DNA from: Escherichia coli | GTDB taxonomy: Bacteria > Pseudomonadota > Gammaproteobacteria > Enterobacterales > Enterobacteriaceae | Assembly (NCBI GenBank): GCA_023061495.1 | Contig: GCA_023061495.1_3643.1 | Strand: one strand, 5' to 3' | DNA: 64,000 bases | In this document: one piece after another, positions 36,327 to 45,383 of the stretch | How positions within the stretch are numbered: position 1 is the stretch's first letter | How the letters are laid out: the number at the start of each line of letters is the position of its first letter | The notes under the pieces: model-generated | The model's input: the letters and a program-made list of their open reading frames with translations, nothing else | What the model was told of the DNA's origin: nothing | The model's database searches: none | Translations under genes and position numbers: made by a program

Positions 36327-36854
36327 CTACATCTCCTGGTTCAAACTGTTAAGAAAGGATACCCTGTCTTCGCTATTTTTCTCTGTGATATACCCTCCAA
36401 ACATGGAAAGAATCACATGCTTCAAGTAATCTTTTTCTGGATCGCTTAGATGATTGCGTGGCTTTATTTCCACATCATGATAGTCGTACAATCCACAATC
36501 ATGATACCCCCAGTATCGACACACCTCAATACTGATCGGGAGTTTTTTGTCACACGAAACTTTCCAACGGGTTACGTTGTTACCAGGGGATAAATCCTCG
36601 CCCACCTTCACGAATGACAGATCGTAACTCATAAACTTTTCGTACAGTTTAAGCACAAAACTCTCGACCTGTGGAGAAACACCAGCCACTAGCTGAGCGT
36701 ATCTATACTTACTTTCGATAATTTTTCGGCGCTTTGCTGTAAGGTTTATTGCAGCAATTTGACTTTCTGAGTATCTCCAAGGCTTATATATAAATGCTTT
36801 CGGGTCTTTGTCGCCATAAAAATCTTTCCAATCAACTAGCAGCATACCTGTCAC
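36327..36854 (-). CDS. Hypothetical protein
   Basis: ORF track. Confidence 0.5.
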   Translation of the reverse strand: MTGMLLVDWKDFYGDKDPKAFIYKPWRYSESQIAAINLTAKRRKIIESKYRYAQLVAGVSPQVESFVLKLYEKFMSYDLSFVKVGEDLSPGNNVTRWKVSCDKKLPISIEVCRYWGYHDCGLYDYHDVEIKPRNHLSDPEKDYLKHVILSMFGGYITEKNSEDRVSFLNSLNQEM

Positions 36855-37084
36855 TCCTCCACAACTTCAAGGCCTTTGCCGCCTCGTTCTGGTAGATTAC
36901 TTAAAGACAGGTAATACGTATAGTAAGGAGAGATCCTGCCAGACTCTGCACCTGCAGATAGTAAATCTTTTCCCTTAACCATGACAACATTATCGTTTGC
37001 AGATAGTCGTTTTGCTTCCACAATTTTACCAACGCAGTCAACCAAGGAAGGGTACCCTAAATCTGTAAGAAATTTAACTTTCAT
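36851..37084 (-). CDS. Hypothetical small protein (MKVKFLTD...; ...GLEVVEE; paralog family)
   Basis: ORF track; shared terminal motifs. Confidence 0.55.
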   Translation of the reverse strand: MKVKFLTDLGYPSLVDCVGKIVEAKRLSANDNVVMVKGKDLLSAGAESGRISPYYTYYLSLSNLPERGGKGLEVVEE

Positions 37085-37123
37085 GCTACCTCCTACTTCT
37101 ACCGTCCCTGGTAAGATAAATTA

Positions 37124-37522
37124 TTACTGAACAGAGCGCGGAGCTGGGAAGGATAACTCTTCTAAAGAGAAGATTTCATTTCCCACAATCCATGTTGCCG
37201 GATCATCTGGGTTGACCGGATAGATAATCATCACCTCGTCCGTGTTACATACCCGCTTTTTACCTGTGGAGTCATCAGCAACCAGCATACGCGGTTCTTC
37301 AGAAATGCACAGGTAGCCTCCTCGGCCCACTGTTCCTTCCACAGGGTCTTGTCCTTTGATCACGATGATTATCTTCTCCCCTGAGGCGATATTACCTTGC
37401 ACACTCACCGTTTGACCAACCTTGGATGTGCCAATCTTAGTGACTTCGAACATTACATCCCGAATTACCGTTGCATAATCGCCAGACACTTTCTTACCTT
37501 CTTTAGTGATCTCAATCTTCAT
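37124..37522 (-). CDS. Hypothetical protein (MKIEITKEG... N-terminus)
   Basis: ORF track. Confidence 0.55.
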   Translation of the reverse strand: MKIEITKEGKKVSGDYATVIRDVMFEVTKIGTSKVGQTVSVQGNIASGEKIIIVIKGQDPVEGTVGRGGYLCISEEPRMLVADDSTGKKRVCNTDEVMIIYPVNPDDPATWIVGNEIFSLEELSFPAPRSVQ

Positions 37523-37758
37523 ACACTGTGCTCCTTAAATGAATCTATGTAATCAATTAAATCCCAAGCATCCCTATGACCTGTCAGAGGGTATACTTCT
37601 CCAAGAGGGATCATAGCAGTAAGTCTATCAAAAACCCAATCCGGACGCAACATCTTATGGTGATATTCCCACTCACCTTCTACAGACTTTTTCTGAGTGA
37701 TCAGAATCTCTGTGTAGTGTTTTGCCTGTCTTGAGTAAATTGAAAATGACTTATACAT
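37519..37758 (-). CDS. Hypothetical small protein
   Basis: ORF track. Confidence 0.5.
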   Translation of the reverse strand: MYKSFSIYSRQAKHYTEILITQKKSVEGEWEYHHKMLRPDWVFDRLTAMIPLGEVYPLTGHRDAWDLIDYIDSFKEHSV

Positions 37759-37795
37759 AGATGACCCTCCCTCTTGTTGAAAACAAAATACACTA

Positions 37796-38080
37796 CTACC
37801 AAGTCACTGTCAAGTAGGCAACCGTGTTATTTTTCTCCGGAGAGATGCCAACAACATCCACCTGCAGACCTCCTGCCCTCAAATCTCCAACGATGTGTGG
37901 AAAGTAGTCTGAGAGGTGTGATGGGAGATTTATCGAAAATCCACATCCCAGAAAGCCTGCTAACGCTTTATTTTGTATCTCCCCTACAATCGCATCATAA
38001 ATAGAGTTAAGCTCGTCAGGAAGCGTTACAGGACGTTTTAGAGCTAACTGGTGCAACTTGTCCTTAGCACTCATTTTCAT
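37796..38080 (-). CDS. Hypothetical protein
   Basis: ATG at 38080 overlapping the methyltransferase stop (ATGA); track ORF 37796-38149 trimmed. Confidence 0.45.
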   Translation of the reverse strand: MKMSAKDKLHQLALKRPVTLPDELNSIYDAIVGEIQNKALAGFLGCGFSINLPSHLSDYFPHIVGDLRAGGLQVDVVGISPEKNNTVAYLTVTW

Positions 38081-38610
38081 TTCAAGTCTGCCTCTGGTGG
38101 TGCCAACCACATAAATGGCGGCAAGTCTAGACGGTTTTTCTTGTCCCATACAAAATATGCATATGCCTGCCCATCCGTTCTACCATTGGATTGGAATGAC
38201 GGACGCTTAGATATTGTGATCACGGTGGTAGGTGCATTATCAAGCCACCATTCAAATCTGGCCTTGCTTTCCAGAAAATTAAGACGCAAAAGCATAATAA
38301 CTACGTCAGCATCTTTCAACGCCTTGTCTACAAACTCACGAGCCAGGCTGTACGGTGGGTTGGTGATAATACAGTCAACATGGTTGTATTCTGTATTCAG
38401 ATAGTCAACACCTTCTTGGATTTCTCCCCATGCAGATCCTAACGGCATACGGGAGTAGAACACACCTGAGGCACTATTCCTGCAAGGCTCTAAGTAAGTC
38501 CAGTCTTCTGGGAACGGAATAAGGTCATACAGCCCTTCTGCACACCACTCCGGTGTCACATACTCATCGTAAGCGTTACGTTGTTCATCAGGTTTTCTAG
38601 CACAAGTCAT
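38077..38610 (-). CDS. DNA N6-adenine methyltransferase (NPPY motif)
   Basis: Motif IV DCIITNPPY; motif I-like LEPCRNSASGVF. Confidence 0.65.
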   Translation of the reverse strand: MTCARKPDEQRNAYDEYVTPEWCAEGLYDLIPFPEDWTYLEPCRNSASGVFYSRMPLGSAWGEIQEGVDYLNTEYNHVDCIITNPPYSLAREFVDKALKDADVVIMLLRLNFLESKARFEWWLDNAPTTVITISKRPSFQSNGRTDGQAYAYFVWDKKNRLDLPPFMWLAPPEADLK

Positions 38611-38620
38611 GCAAATCTCC

Positions 38621-38649
38621 AGATCATAAAAGCCCTCCGAAGAGGGCTT
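38621..38649 (-). terminator. Rho-independent terminator after ClpP-like gene
   Basis: AAAGCCCTC-TTCG-GAGGGCTTT followed by T-rich tract on minus strand. Confidence 0.55.
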
Positions 38650-38661
38650 TAGAATTAATGT

Positions 38662-39711
38662 TTAAGCTTCTTCGACAATTCCTGCGCCCAGGATTTTTTC
38701 ATTGAGCTCTTTTGCTGTTTTAATAATATTGTCCACCAGACGCTTACGGGTCTTATCTTTCACCTGAACTTCTTCGCCGCCGTTCAGGGTGGTTTTCAAT
38801 TGGGACAAAATGTCCTGAAGCTCTACCACAGAGAATCGCTGCAGATCTTCCGAGGTAATCTCCCCCAGTGCAATCTTAACGGTCTCACCACTCTCCATCT
38901 GCAGATTCAGGAACACAGTGTGAACATCACCTTTCATACCATTTTCTTTTGCAGACTCAACAGCATGAACCAGCTCGTCCAAAGATGTGCATTGGTGAAT
39001 CTCTGGCAGGCCTGCTTCGCCTAGCACACCTTCTTCATCACTTTTTGCCAAAAGCTTTTTCGGTTTCTGTCCATTCTGAATGCGCTGAATGTTTTCATCG
39101 TCCAGAATGATAGCACCAGTTCTAGATGCCAGCTCTTCTCCATCTAACCACACTTCACCGCCAGCTGTGATGGATGCGATCTCATCTTCTGTTAACACCC
39201 CACCGTAGTATTTTTCGATCAGGCGTTCAAAACGTTTCTTCCAGTAGTTGATCTGGGTATTCATGTTCACACCGTTACCATAGGTGCCACCTTGATAGTA
39301 GTGGAACATAAATTCTGTGTCCGGAGCCACAGTTCGTTCTTTGCAACCCAGCCATAAGATTGTTCCTGCCGAGCAGCACATCCCTTCAGCGTGTACAACA
39401 ACGCTTGCCTGAGACTCGCGGAATGCCTGCAAATACGCCATAGCAATGTGAACGCAACCACCAGGACTGTTAATGATTACACGGATACTTTCTTCTGGCT
39501 GAGCCATACGGATCGTCTGTAGACGAGACATGTGATCTTGTAGGTCGTCCAAATCGTCGATATAAAGAACGTGGTCAACAACAGGTGTTGGGTAGCTGTA
39601 TGTTTCCATAATACCACCAGGCATACCGAACATTTTGTTACTCATAGGTTCGAAACCGTTCTGTTTTTCTTTCATGCCGTGTACCATGGTGCTGCGAGGT
39701 GTTAAATTCAT
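38662..39711 (-). CDS. ClpP-family serine protease with C-terminal extension
   Basis: INSPGG, GMCCSAG (Ser) and FHYYQGG (His) match ClpP catalytic-region blocks; ATG start verified. Confidence 0.65.
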   Translation of the reverse strand: MNLTPRSTMVHGMKEKQNGFEPMSNKMFGMPGGIMETYSYPTPVVDHVLYIDDLDDLQDHMSRLQTIRMAQPEESIRVIINSPGGCVHIAMAYLQAFRESQASVVVHAEGMCCSAGTILWLGCKERTVAPDTEFMFHYYQGGTYGNGVNMNTQINYWKKRFERLIEKYYGGVLTEDEIASITAGGEVWLDGEELASRTGAIILDDENIQRIQNGQKPKKLLAKSDEEGVLGEAGLPEIHQCTSLDELVHAVESAKENGMKGDVHTVFLNLQMESGETVKIALGEITSEDLQRFSVVELQDILSQLKTTLNGGEEVQVKDKTRKRLVDNIIKTAKELNEKILGAGIVEEA

Positions 39712-39771
39712 GAGAAATCCTTAATATTGGAAGTTGAAAGCTATTTATTTAAACCTGATTCACATTTACCT

Positions 39772-40083
39772 TTATTTAGCAATCACTATAGAATACTTAC
39801 GATTGTCAGAAGCATCACAGCTCAACGATTGCCAGTCTACCACATACCACGTATCATTGTCAACAATTACTTTGTCGCCTGTTCTGTAGCAGGTGCTGCT
39901 TTCAATAATTCGAGACTCGATAAAGAATCTGTGTCTGCGCTCACGTAACAACGCTAAGTTGATTATATTACCACCGCTGTCCTTGGTCCACACATTCTTG
40001 GATCCCTTATTTGCCAAAATTGTCTCACCGTTATAGACAAATAGGCAGTATATTTTATTCAGTCTCTCTTGTATTGTAGCCAT
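39772..40083 (-). CDS. Hypothetical protein
   Basis: ORF track. Confidence 0.45.
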   Translation of the reverse strand: MATIQERLNKIYCLFVYNGETILANKGSKNVWTKDSGGNIINLALLRERRHRFFIESRIIESSTCYRTGDKVIVDNDTWYVVDWQSLSCDASDNRKYSIVIAK

Positions 40084-40186
40084 ACTGTGCCCTTCTCCTT
40101 GTTTTGTCCAATAATAATATCTAAAGCTTACCTGTTTGTCAACAACTGTTTTAGATATTTAAGGGTGGAATAACCACCCTTCTGTA

Positions 40187-40975
40187 TTACTCGGAAACAG
40201 GAGTCCAAATATGATTTGCACGATCCTCAATAAGATTAAGTGCAATCTGACGGCCCAACCCGGAACGAACAACATCGTCCGGGCTATCAAAGCTAATCAT
40301 TCCAACCTCAGGATCTGGATGACGCGTAAAGAAATCTGTCACCCATGCAAGGCCAGACTTACCGGGGATGTCACGTTGGCTGTTATCACCCATAATTACA
40401 AGGGTGGCCTGATCAGAGATCCTTGTGATAATTGACAACATTTCTTCAGGGTTAGTTTGCTGTGCCTCGTCAATCAGGACAAAGCATCGCTCATCGAAAC
40501 TACGACCACGAATGCTTTCAACTTCACAAATCTCTATACGGCTGTTCTGACCGTCTCCCAGCATTGCGGCAAAAGCACCTTTGCCAACACGACGACAAAT
40601 CGTGTCCATCATACTACGAAGGTAAGGCCAAAGCTTCTGCATTGACGTTCCCGGTTTGTATCCGCTTGATTTCCCGGTCTGTACATAAGGACGTGCAACA
40701 ATGATCTTATCAATCTCATTCTTACGCAGAAGATCACCTGCATATGCAGATGCCAGGAATGTCTTACCAGATCCAAACACACCGTTTACAATAATAATCT
40801 TACGTGACCCTAGATAATCAAGATACTTTTGCTGCTTTTTATTCATTGGTCGGAGAGCTGGAGCGGTGTGCTCTCGTTCGTCAGCAAATTTCTCAGCAGC
40901 CTTACGCAGGCGATCAGATTTGCGAGCCTCTCTAGCTTCATCACGCATGCGTTTTGTTTCTTTAGCTCGACCCAT
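40187..40975 (-). CDS. phoH: PhoH-like ATPase
   Basis: Walker A GVFGSGKTF, downstream LVIMGDNSQRDIP block; ATG start verified. Confidence 0.7.
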   Translation of the reverse strand: MGRAKETKRMRDEAREARKSDRLRKAAEKFADEREHTAPALRPMNKKQQKYLDYLGSRKIIIVNGVFGSGKTFLASAYAGDLLRKNEIDKIIVARPYVQTGKSSGYKPGTSMQKLWPYLRSMMDTICRRVGKGAFAAMLGDGQNSRIEICEVESIRGRSFDERCFVLIDEAQQTNPEEMLSIITRISDQATLVIMGDNSQRDIPGKSGLAWVTDFFTRHPDPEVGMISFDSPDDVVRSGLGRQIALNLIEDRANHIWTPVSE

Positions 40976-41013
40976 GTTGGGACTCCTTTCAGATTGAGAT
41001 GTGCCAAGTACTT

Positions 41014-41364
41014 TTACTGCAACAGTTTTTCAATAGCCGCTTCCATGCTGCTTGCAACAGCCTGAACTCGGATATTCATCTCTTCTTGGTGGATCAGCTC
41101 CTTAAGCTCTTTAATGGTAAATTCTTTAGAGAAACCTTCCACCATAATCTTGTGCAAGGCTTCTTGCGTGTCCACTTGCAAGAACTTTTCCAGTTTGTTG
41201 GCAGAGGCTTCTAAATCAGCCCGAATACGAGGGTCATCTGTGCGATTCAGCATCAGGCGTAAGCCATCAAGATTAGTAGAAATAGCGTCTGCATGTTGAG
41301 TAACTAACCGTGGCAAAATGAGATCTACAAACTTATTAGCCAAATCGATACGTTCTTGTGTCAC
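41014..41364 (-). CDS. Hypothetical protein (GTG start)
   Basis: ORF track. Confidence 0.5.
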   Translation of the reverse strand: MTQERIDLANKFVDLILPRLVTQHADAISTNLDGLRLMLNRTDDPRIRADLEASANKLEKFLQVDTQEALHKIMVEGFSKEFTIKELKELIHQEEMNIRVQAVASSMEAAIEKLLQ

Positions 41365-41474
41365 TGTTGCACCCCCTCTTCATCCTCATGATGTTTCTTT
41401 TCACGCTTGTGTTTTTTCTTAAGCTCAAGCGCAATCTCTTTTTTGTACGCCTTCTTCAAGGCCTTTTTAGCCAT
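41361..41474 (-). CDS. Possible small lysine-rich basic protein (37 aa)
   Basis: GAGGAGG RBS then ATG at 41474; MAKKALKKAYKKEIALELKKKHKREKK... Confidence 0.3.
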   Translation of the reverse strand: MAKKALKKAYKKEIALELKKKHKREKKHHEDEEGVQQ

Positions 41475-41503
41475 TTGGCACCTCCTCTGCTTTCATTACG
41501 CTA

Positions 41504-41533
41504 ATTATAACCAACTTAACAAGACTTTGTCAA
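41504..41533 (-). promoter_or_regulatory. Sigma70-like promoter on minus strand (TTGACA-17-TTATAAT)
   Basis: Reverse complement of 41504-41533 reads TTGACAAAGTCTTGTTAAGTTGGTTATAAT. Confidence 0.5.
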
Positions 41534-41536
41534 CAA

Positions 41537-42028
41537 TTAGTCAACCTGAACCCAACCTCCTGCTACCTTTTTAAACATTCTTTGGTTATCGCTGCCTCGG
41601 AATGGTTTCTTGGTTGGTAAATCTTTTACATACTTTCCATCAATGACGATATCAGCCAGTTTAAGAACATCACTAGAGATATGCTCAAATGTGAACCCAG
41701 TATACACAAGAATAGTTTTCTTGTCACCAAACTTTTCCTTAATTCTCCTCATAAGGTCAATAATACCTGGCTCATTATAAGTAGCCAAAGGCTCTCCACC
41801 TAGTAAAGAAATACCGCATACAGAGTCATTGTCTAAATCCGACAAAATTTTCTGCAAATCTTCTTCGGTGAACTCTCTTCCTTTATCTTTTGACCAAAAT
41901 GCTTGATTAAAGCAACCAGGACAAGCATGTGGGCACCCAGATACCCACAAAGCTATCCTAATACCTGGTCCCTCGGTGTAAGATATCTCTGTATACCCGG
42001 CAATATTCATACATACTCCGCGTCGCAT
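41537..42028 (-). CDS. nrdG: Anaerobic ribonucleotide reductase activating protein (radical SAM)
   Basis: GPGIRIALWVSGCPHACPGCFN cysteine motif; ATG start verified. Confidence 0.7.
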   Translation of the reverse strand: MRRGVCMNIAGYTEISYTEGPGIRIALWVSGCPHACPGCFNQAFWSKDKGREFTEEDLQKILSDLDNDSVCGISLLGGEPLATYNEPGIIDLMRRIKEKFGDKKTILVYTGFTFEHISSDVLKLADIVIDGKYVKDLPTKKPFRGSDNQRMFKKVAGGWVQVD

Positions 42029-42186
42029 TTAGGACAATGCCAAATAAAATCGTCCAGTGCCTTACACCAACGAAGATTGCAATGACAACCACACTTGCAA
42101 ATTTTATAAATACCTGATGACATACTGCACCTCCTAGCTCACTGTGTGTCAATAATATGCCACATCCTTGTGGCTTTTGTCAAGAA

Positions 42187-43446
42187 TCAGCAACCACAAC
42201 TTCCGTAGTGCTTAACTCGCTCGATAACTTCCGCTTGCTTACCTTTATTGTAAGGACGGGAGTTAGGGCTGGAAAGGTATCCAGACACACGTCGAATTAC
42301 ACTGATCGTTCCCTCTTCATGGTTTCCACACCCTGGGCATACAAAGCCTTTAGCTGTTGCACTGAACTCACCAGAGAAACCGCACTTGAGACATTTATCT
42401 ACAGGTTGGTTAATACCAAAATACATAATGTGTTTATATCCGAAATCAACAAGAGCTTCCAAAGCATCTAAGTTGTTTTTCAGATTTGGTGTCTCTATGT
42501 ACCCAATGTTGCCACCAGAGGAGATCATAGCAAAACCTTCCTCATACTTCCACTTATCAAAAGGCGAGCTATTGATCCATACTGGCTGATGGAAACTGTT
42601 GGTGAGGTATTCATGCTCGTGCTTCAACACTTCTGGGTATTCACGATCCAGACAGGTTGCAGCTTTATAGCATAAACTCTCAGAAGGTGTGCCGTACAAG
42701 CTAAATGCTAGTCCACTTTCCTTCTTGTATCGCTCACAAGCATCTTTCATGTGCTGAAGGATTCCAAGAGCTAAAGCCTTGTCACCCTCTCTGCCCAAAA
42801 TCTGACAGGTTTCATACACACCAATATACCCAATACTGATGGAAGCGTACCCGTCATAGAAGAGTTTATCGATACTCTCTTCAGGATCCAGGCGAGCAAG
42901 AGCTCCTTCACACCACATGATAGGGTTCTGCCCTGCCTTTGTTCCTTTTAGACGGTTAACCCTTACAAGGTGAGCCTCGTATGCAAGATCCAAGTATTCG
43001 TCAAGAACTGCAAAGAAATCAATACCTTCCGTCTTAGCTTTTGCCGCAATCATTGGTAGGTTAAGGCTAACAACACCCAAGTTGAATCTGCCAAGGTATT
43101 TTTCATCACCCTCCGGTGTAACATATTTGCCAAGGAACGACCTACATCCCATGCTTGTTACTTTGCCGTCTGTTGAACCTGTCACTTTACGATTTAGCGG
43201 AACAGAAACAAAGTCAGGATAAATCCGCTCTGCAGAGCATTCTAGGGCTAATCGTTTCAAATCGTAGTTAGGATCCCCAGGGTTCATGTTGACACCCTCC
43301 TCTAAGAAGAACAGCACTTTAGGGAACACAGGTGTGATCCGTTCTTCACCAAGACCCATTTTGTGAACTTTCAAGTAGTTTTTGGTAATCATTCTACCAA
43401 AGACCGAAGTATCCAGCCCTAAACTTAATGTGATGAATGGAGTCTG
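42187..43446 (-). CDS. nrdD: Anaerobic ribonucleotide reductase NrdD, exon 2 (C-terminal part)
   Basis: YLGRFNLGVVSLNLP core block and C-terminal RVSGYLSS glycine-radical-like region; predicted to begin QTPFITL after the intron. Confidence 0.65.
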   Translation of the reverse strand, partial: QTPFITLSLGLDTSVFGRMITKNYLKVHKMGLGEERITPVFPKVLFFLEEGVNMNPGDPNYDLKRLALECSAERIYPDFVSVPLNRKVTGSTDGKVTSMGCRSFLGKYVTPEGDEKYLGRFNLGVVSLNLPMIAAKAKTEGIDFFAVLDEYLDLAYEAHLVRVNRLKGTKAGQNPIMWCEGALARLDPEESIDKLFYDGYASISIGYIGVYETCQILGREGDKALALGILQHMKDACERYKKESGLAFSLYGTPSESLCYKAATCLDREYPEVLKHEHEYLTNSFHQPVWINSSPFDKWKYEEGFAMISSGGNIGYIETPNLKNNLDALEALVDFGYKHIMYFGINQPVDKCLKCGFSGEFSATAKGFVCPGCGNHEEGTISVIRRVSGYLSSPNSRPYNKGKQAEVIERVKHYGSCGC

Positions 43447-44244
43447 CTGTCTCCACCCCTGTGTTTCCACAGGGCCAGACTATCTCTTACTCTACTTCAA
43501 TAAGATAATAACCCTTTATTGTGAGATGCTTACCTTCGGCATTTCCTTCGATAGCCCTGTGGACGTTTCCTACGTTCAAATTTAAGGCTTTTGCACAGGC
43601 ATAGAGTGAAGGATATTCACCCACCAAGGTTTTCCCTTGGTATGCCTGCACTTTCCTGTAGCACTTGCCTGGACAAAGCCCTGTTCGGAAAGCATGTCTC
43701 TTATTATCTTCCGGCAAAACCCACTCTAGGTTAGACGGATGATCATTCAATGTATTGCCATCTTTATGATTCACTTCCCAGTTTTCAGGGTCTTCTGGGA
43801 CATCTGGCAAACAATACAAGGCAACAACCCTTGAAGTTTGGATTCGAATCTTTTTACCTTTGTGGTTGAAAGAATACATATAGCGGCGTTTAACATGCTT
43901 GTTACCTTTTCCATAACCTCCCCACAATATGGGGTGCAGCATTCCACGTTTTCCGTATACGTTTCCCACCTCATCAATCACATAGTTTGATTCTTCACCA
44001 TTAAGAATGATCTTTTTCATAGAGTCTCTCCCTTTCGAAGTTAGTATTTCAACTAACCCCTACACTACTCGGTTCAGAAATGTTTGTCAAGCATCTCTGC
44101 CTTTCGTTAGTCGTTACAACCGTTCCAACTCCTGTAAGAACTAGTCACGGGATTGGCATAGCTTTCGCCTTAGCGTTCCCCGTTAGCCGGATTCACCGAC
44201 CCCTCTTATGAGGTTAGGAGAGTTTTACAACGGCCAGTTTGTTA
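43447..44244 (-). mobile_element. Group I intron in nrdD carrying an HNH endonuclease ORF
   Basis: Minus strand: exon ends AACGGU, intron has GCCGUU for P1; P-like AACGGGGAAC, Q-like CAATCCCGTG, R-like GACTAG, S-like AAGAGATAGTCT; intron ends ...GACAG; boundaries inferred. Confidence 0.6.
43487..44020 (-). CDS. HNH homing endonuclease (intron-encoded)
   Basis: VNHKDGNTLNDHPSNLEWV core; sits inside the nrdD intron. Confidence 0.75.
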   Translation of the reverse strand: MKKIILNGEESNYVIDEVGNVYGKRGMLHPILWGGYGKGNKHVKRRYMYSFNHKGKKIRIQTSRVVALYCLPDVPEDPENWEVNHKDGNTLNDHPSNLEWVLPEDNKRHAFRTGLCPGKCYRKVQAYQGKTLVGEYPSLYACAKALNLNVGNVHRAIEGNAEGKHLTIKGYYLIEVE

Positions 44245-45105
44245 ACCGTTGACAGAAGTTAACGTATTGATTTGGTAGAGCAAAGTTTGCATACTATCAA
44301 ACACGTCTTTATCTGTCATTTGCATTGCAACAGTCTCAGCATCTGGCAACCAATGTTCCTGACAAAATTTAAGGTTCTTCTCATAGGTTGCTTCAGCATA
44401 CTGTGCCAGATAATGATCAATATGGCTCATGGTCTGACCACCATATTGAGCACTAGCTACTGCACTAGAGATTTGGCTAAGGATTGTTGTTGCAACCCCT
44501 ATTGACTTCGGCTTACTGACATGGGCGTTACCAATGTTGAATCCGTTTTCCAGCATATCAGGATAATTTACCAAACAACAGTTTGTTAACGGACTGATCA
44601 GGTAGTCAAGATCATGCACATGGATGAAGCCTTTGTTGTGCTCTTCGGAGACACGGTCTGGCAGGATCTGTGTTGATGCAAGATGTTTGCTAAGGATGCC
44701 TGCAAGCAGGTCACGATGAGTATGAACATGATTAGTAGGCTTATTTGCGTTTTCTTTTGTAAATTCATCACAAGTGCGATCCAAGAAGCCGCTAATATCT
44801 GCAAGCAGTTTTCCACCTGCCTCTCTGTTATTATCTCTTGTCTGTCTATACTGGATGTATTCTCTGGCTGCACATTTTAAACCCATATCCATAAGAGCAT
44901 CTTCAACAAGGATATGGATATTTTTTACAGAGATCGTGCACTGGTCGGTTGGCAGATTGTTGGCAACAACTTCATTAACCGCGCAGGCAATCCGGTAAGC
45001 TTCTTCTTCAGTATGTCCAGACTCAAGTAAGGCGGACTCTGCCGCCTTGATCACCTTAATTCCGTTATAAAACTCTTCTCTACCGTCCCGTTTTACAACT
45101 TTCAC
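44245..45105 (-). CDS. nrdD: Anaerobic ribonucleotide reductase NrdD, exon 1 (N-terminal part with ATP cone)
   Basis: VVKRDGREEFYNGIKVIKA (ATP-cone-like) and FIHVHDLDY; stop codon lies immediately after predicted 5' splice site. Confidence 0.7.
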
Positions 45106-45380
45106 TTTTTCTCTCCAAAACCATTCTTAACAAAAGAGATAAAATCGTCAGCACCACCTATGTGGATACTGTCAAGGTTGCTTTCCAAGAAGATCTGAGG
45201 CAACGTTCTGGGAACAAATGGGCTACACTTCTCGATAAGCTCTTCTTTTGTGTATCCTTCACCTAGCGTCTTGTATACGAAAGGTATGCCTTTGCTGACT
45301 GCAAATTCTTTTGCTCTTACACAATGTGGGCAGTTATCCTTACCGTAAATGATGATGAAAAAAGATTTTTCGCAGCTCAT
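45102..45380 (-). CDS. Glutaredoxin/thioredoxin-like redoxin
   Basis: Active-site-like CPHC in IIYGKDNCPHCVRAKEF; located beside nrd genes. Confidence 0.65.
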   Translation of the reverse strand: MSCEKSFFIIIYGKDNCPHCVRAKEFAVSKGIPFVYKTLGEGYTKEELIEKCSPFVPRTLPQIFLESNLDSIHIGGADDFISFVKNGFGEKK

Positions 45381-45383
45381 ATA

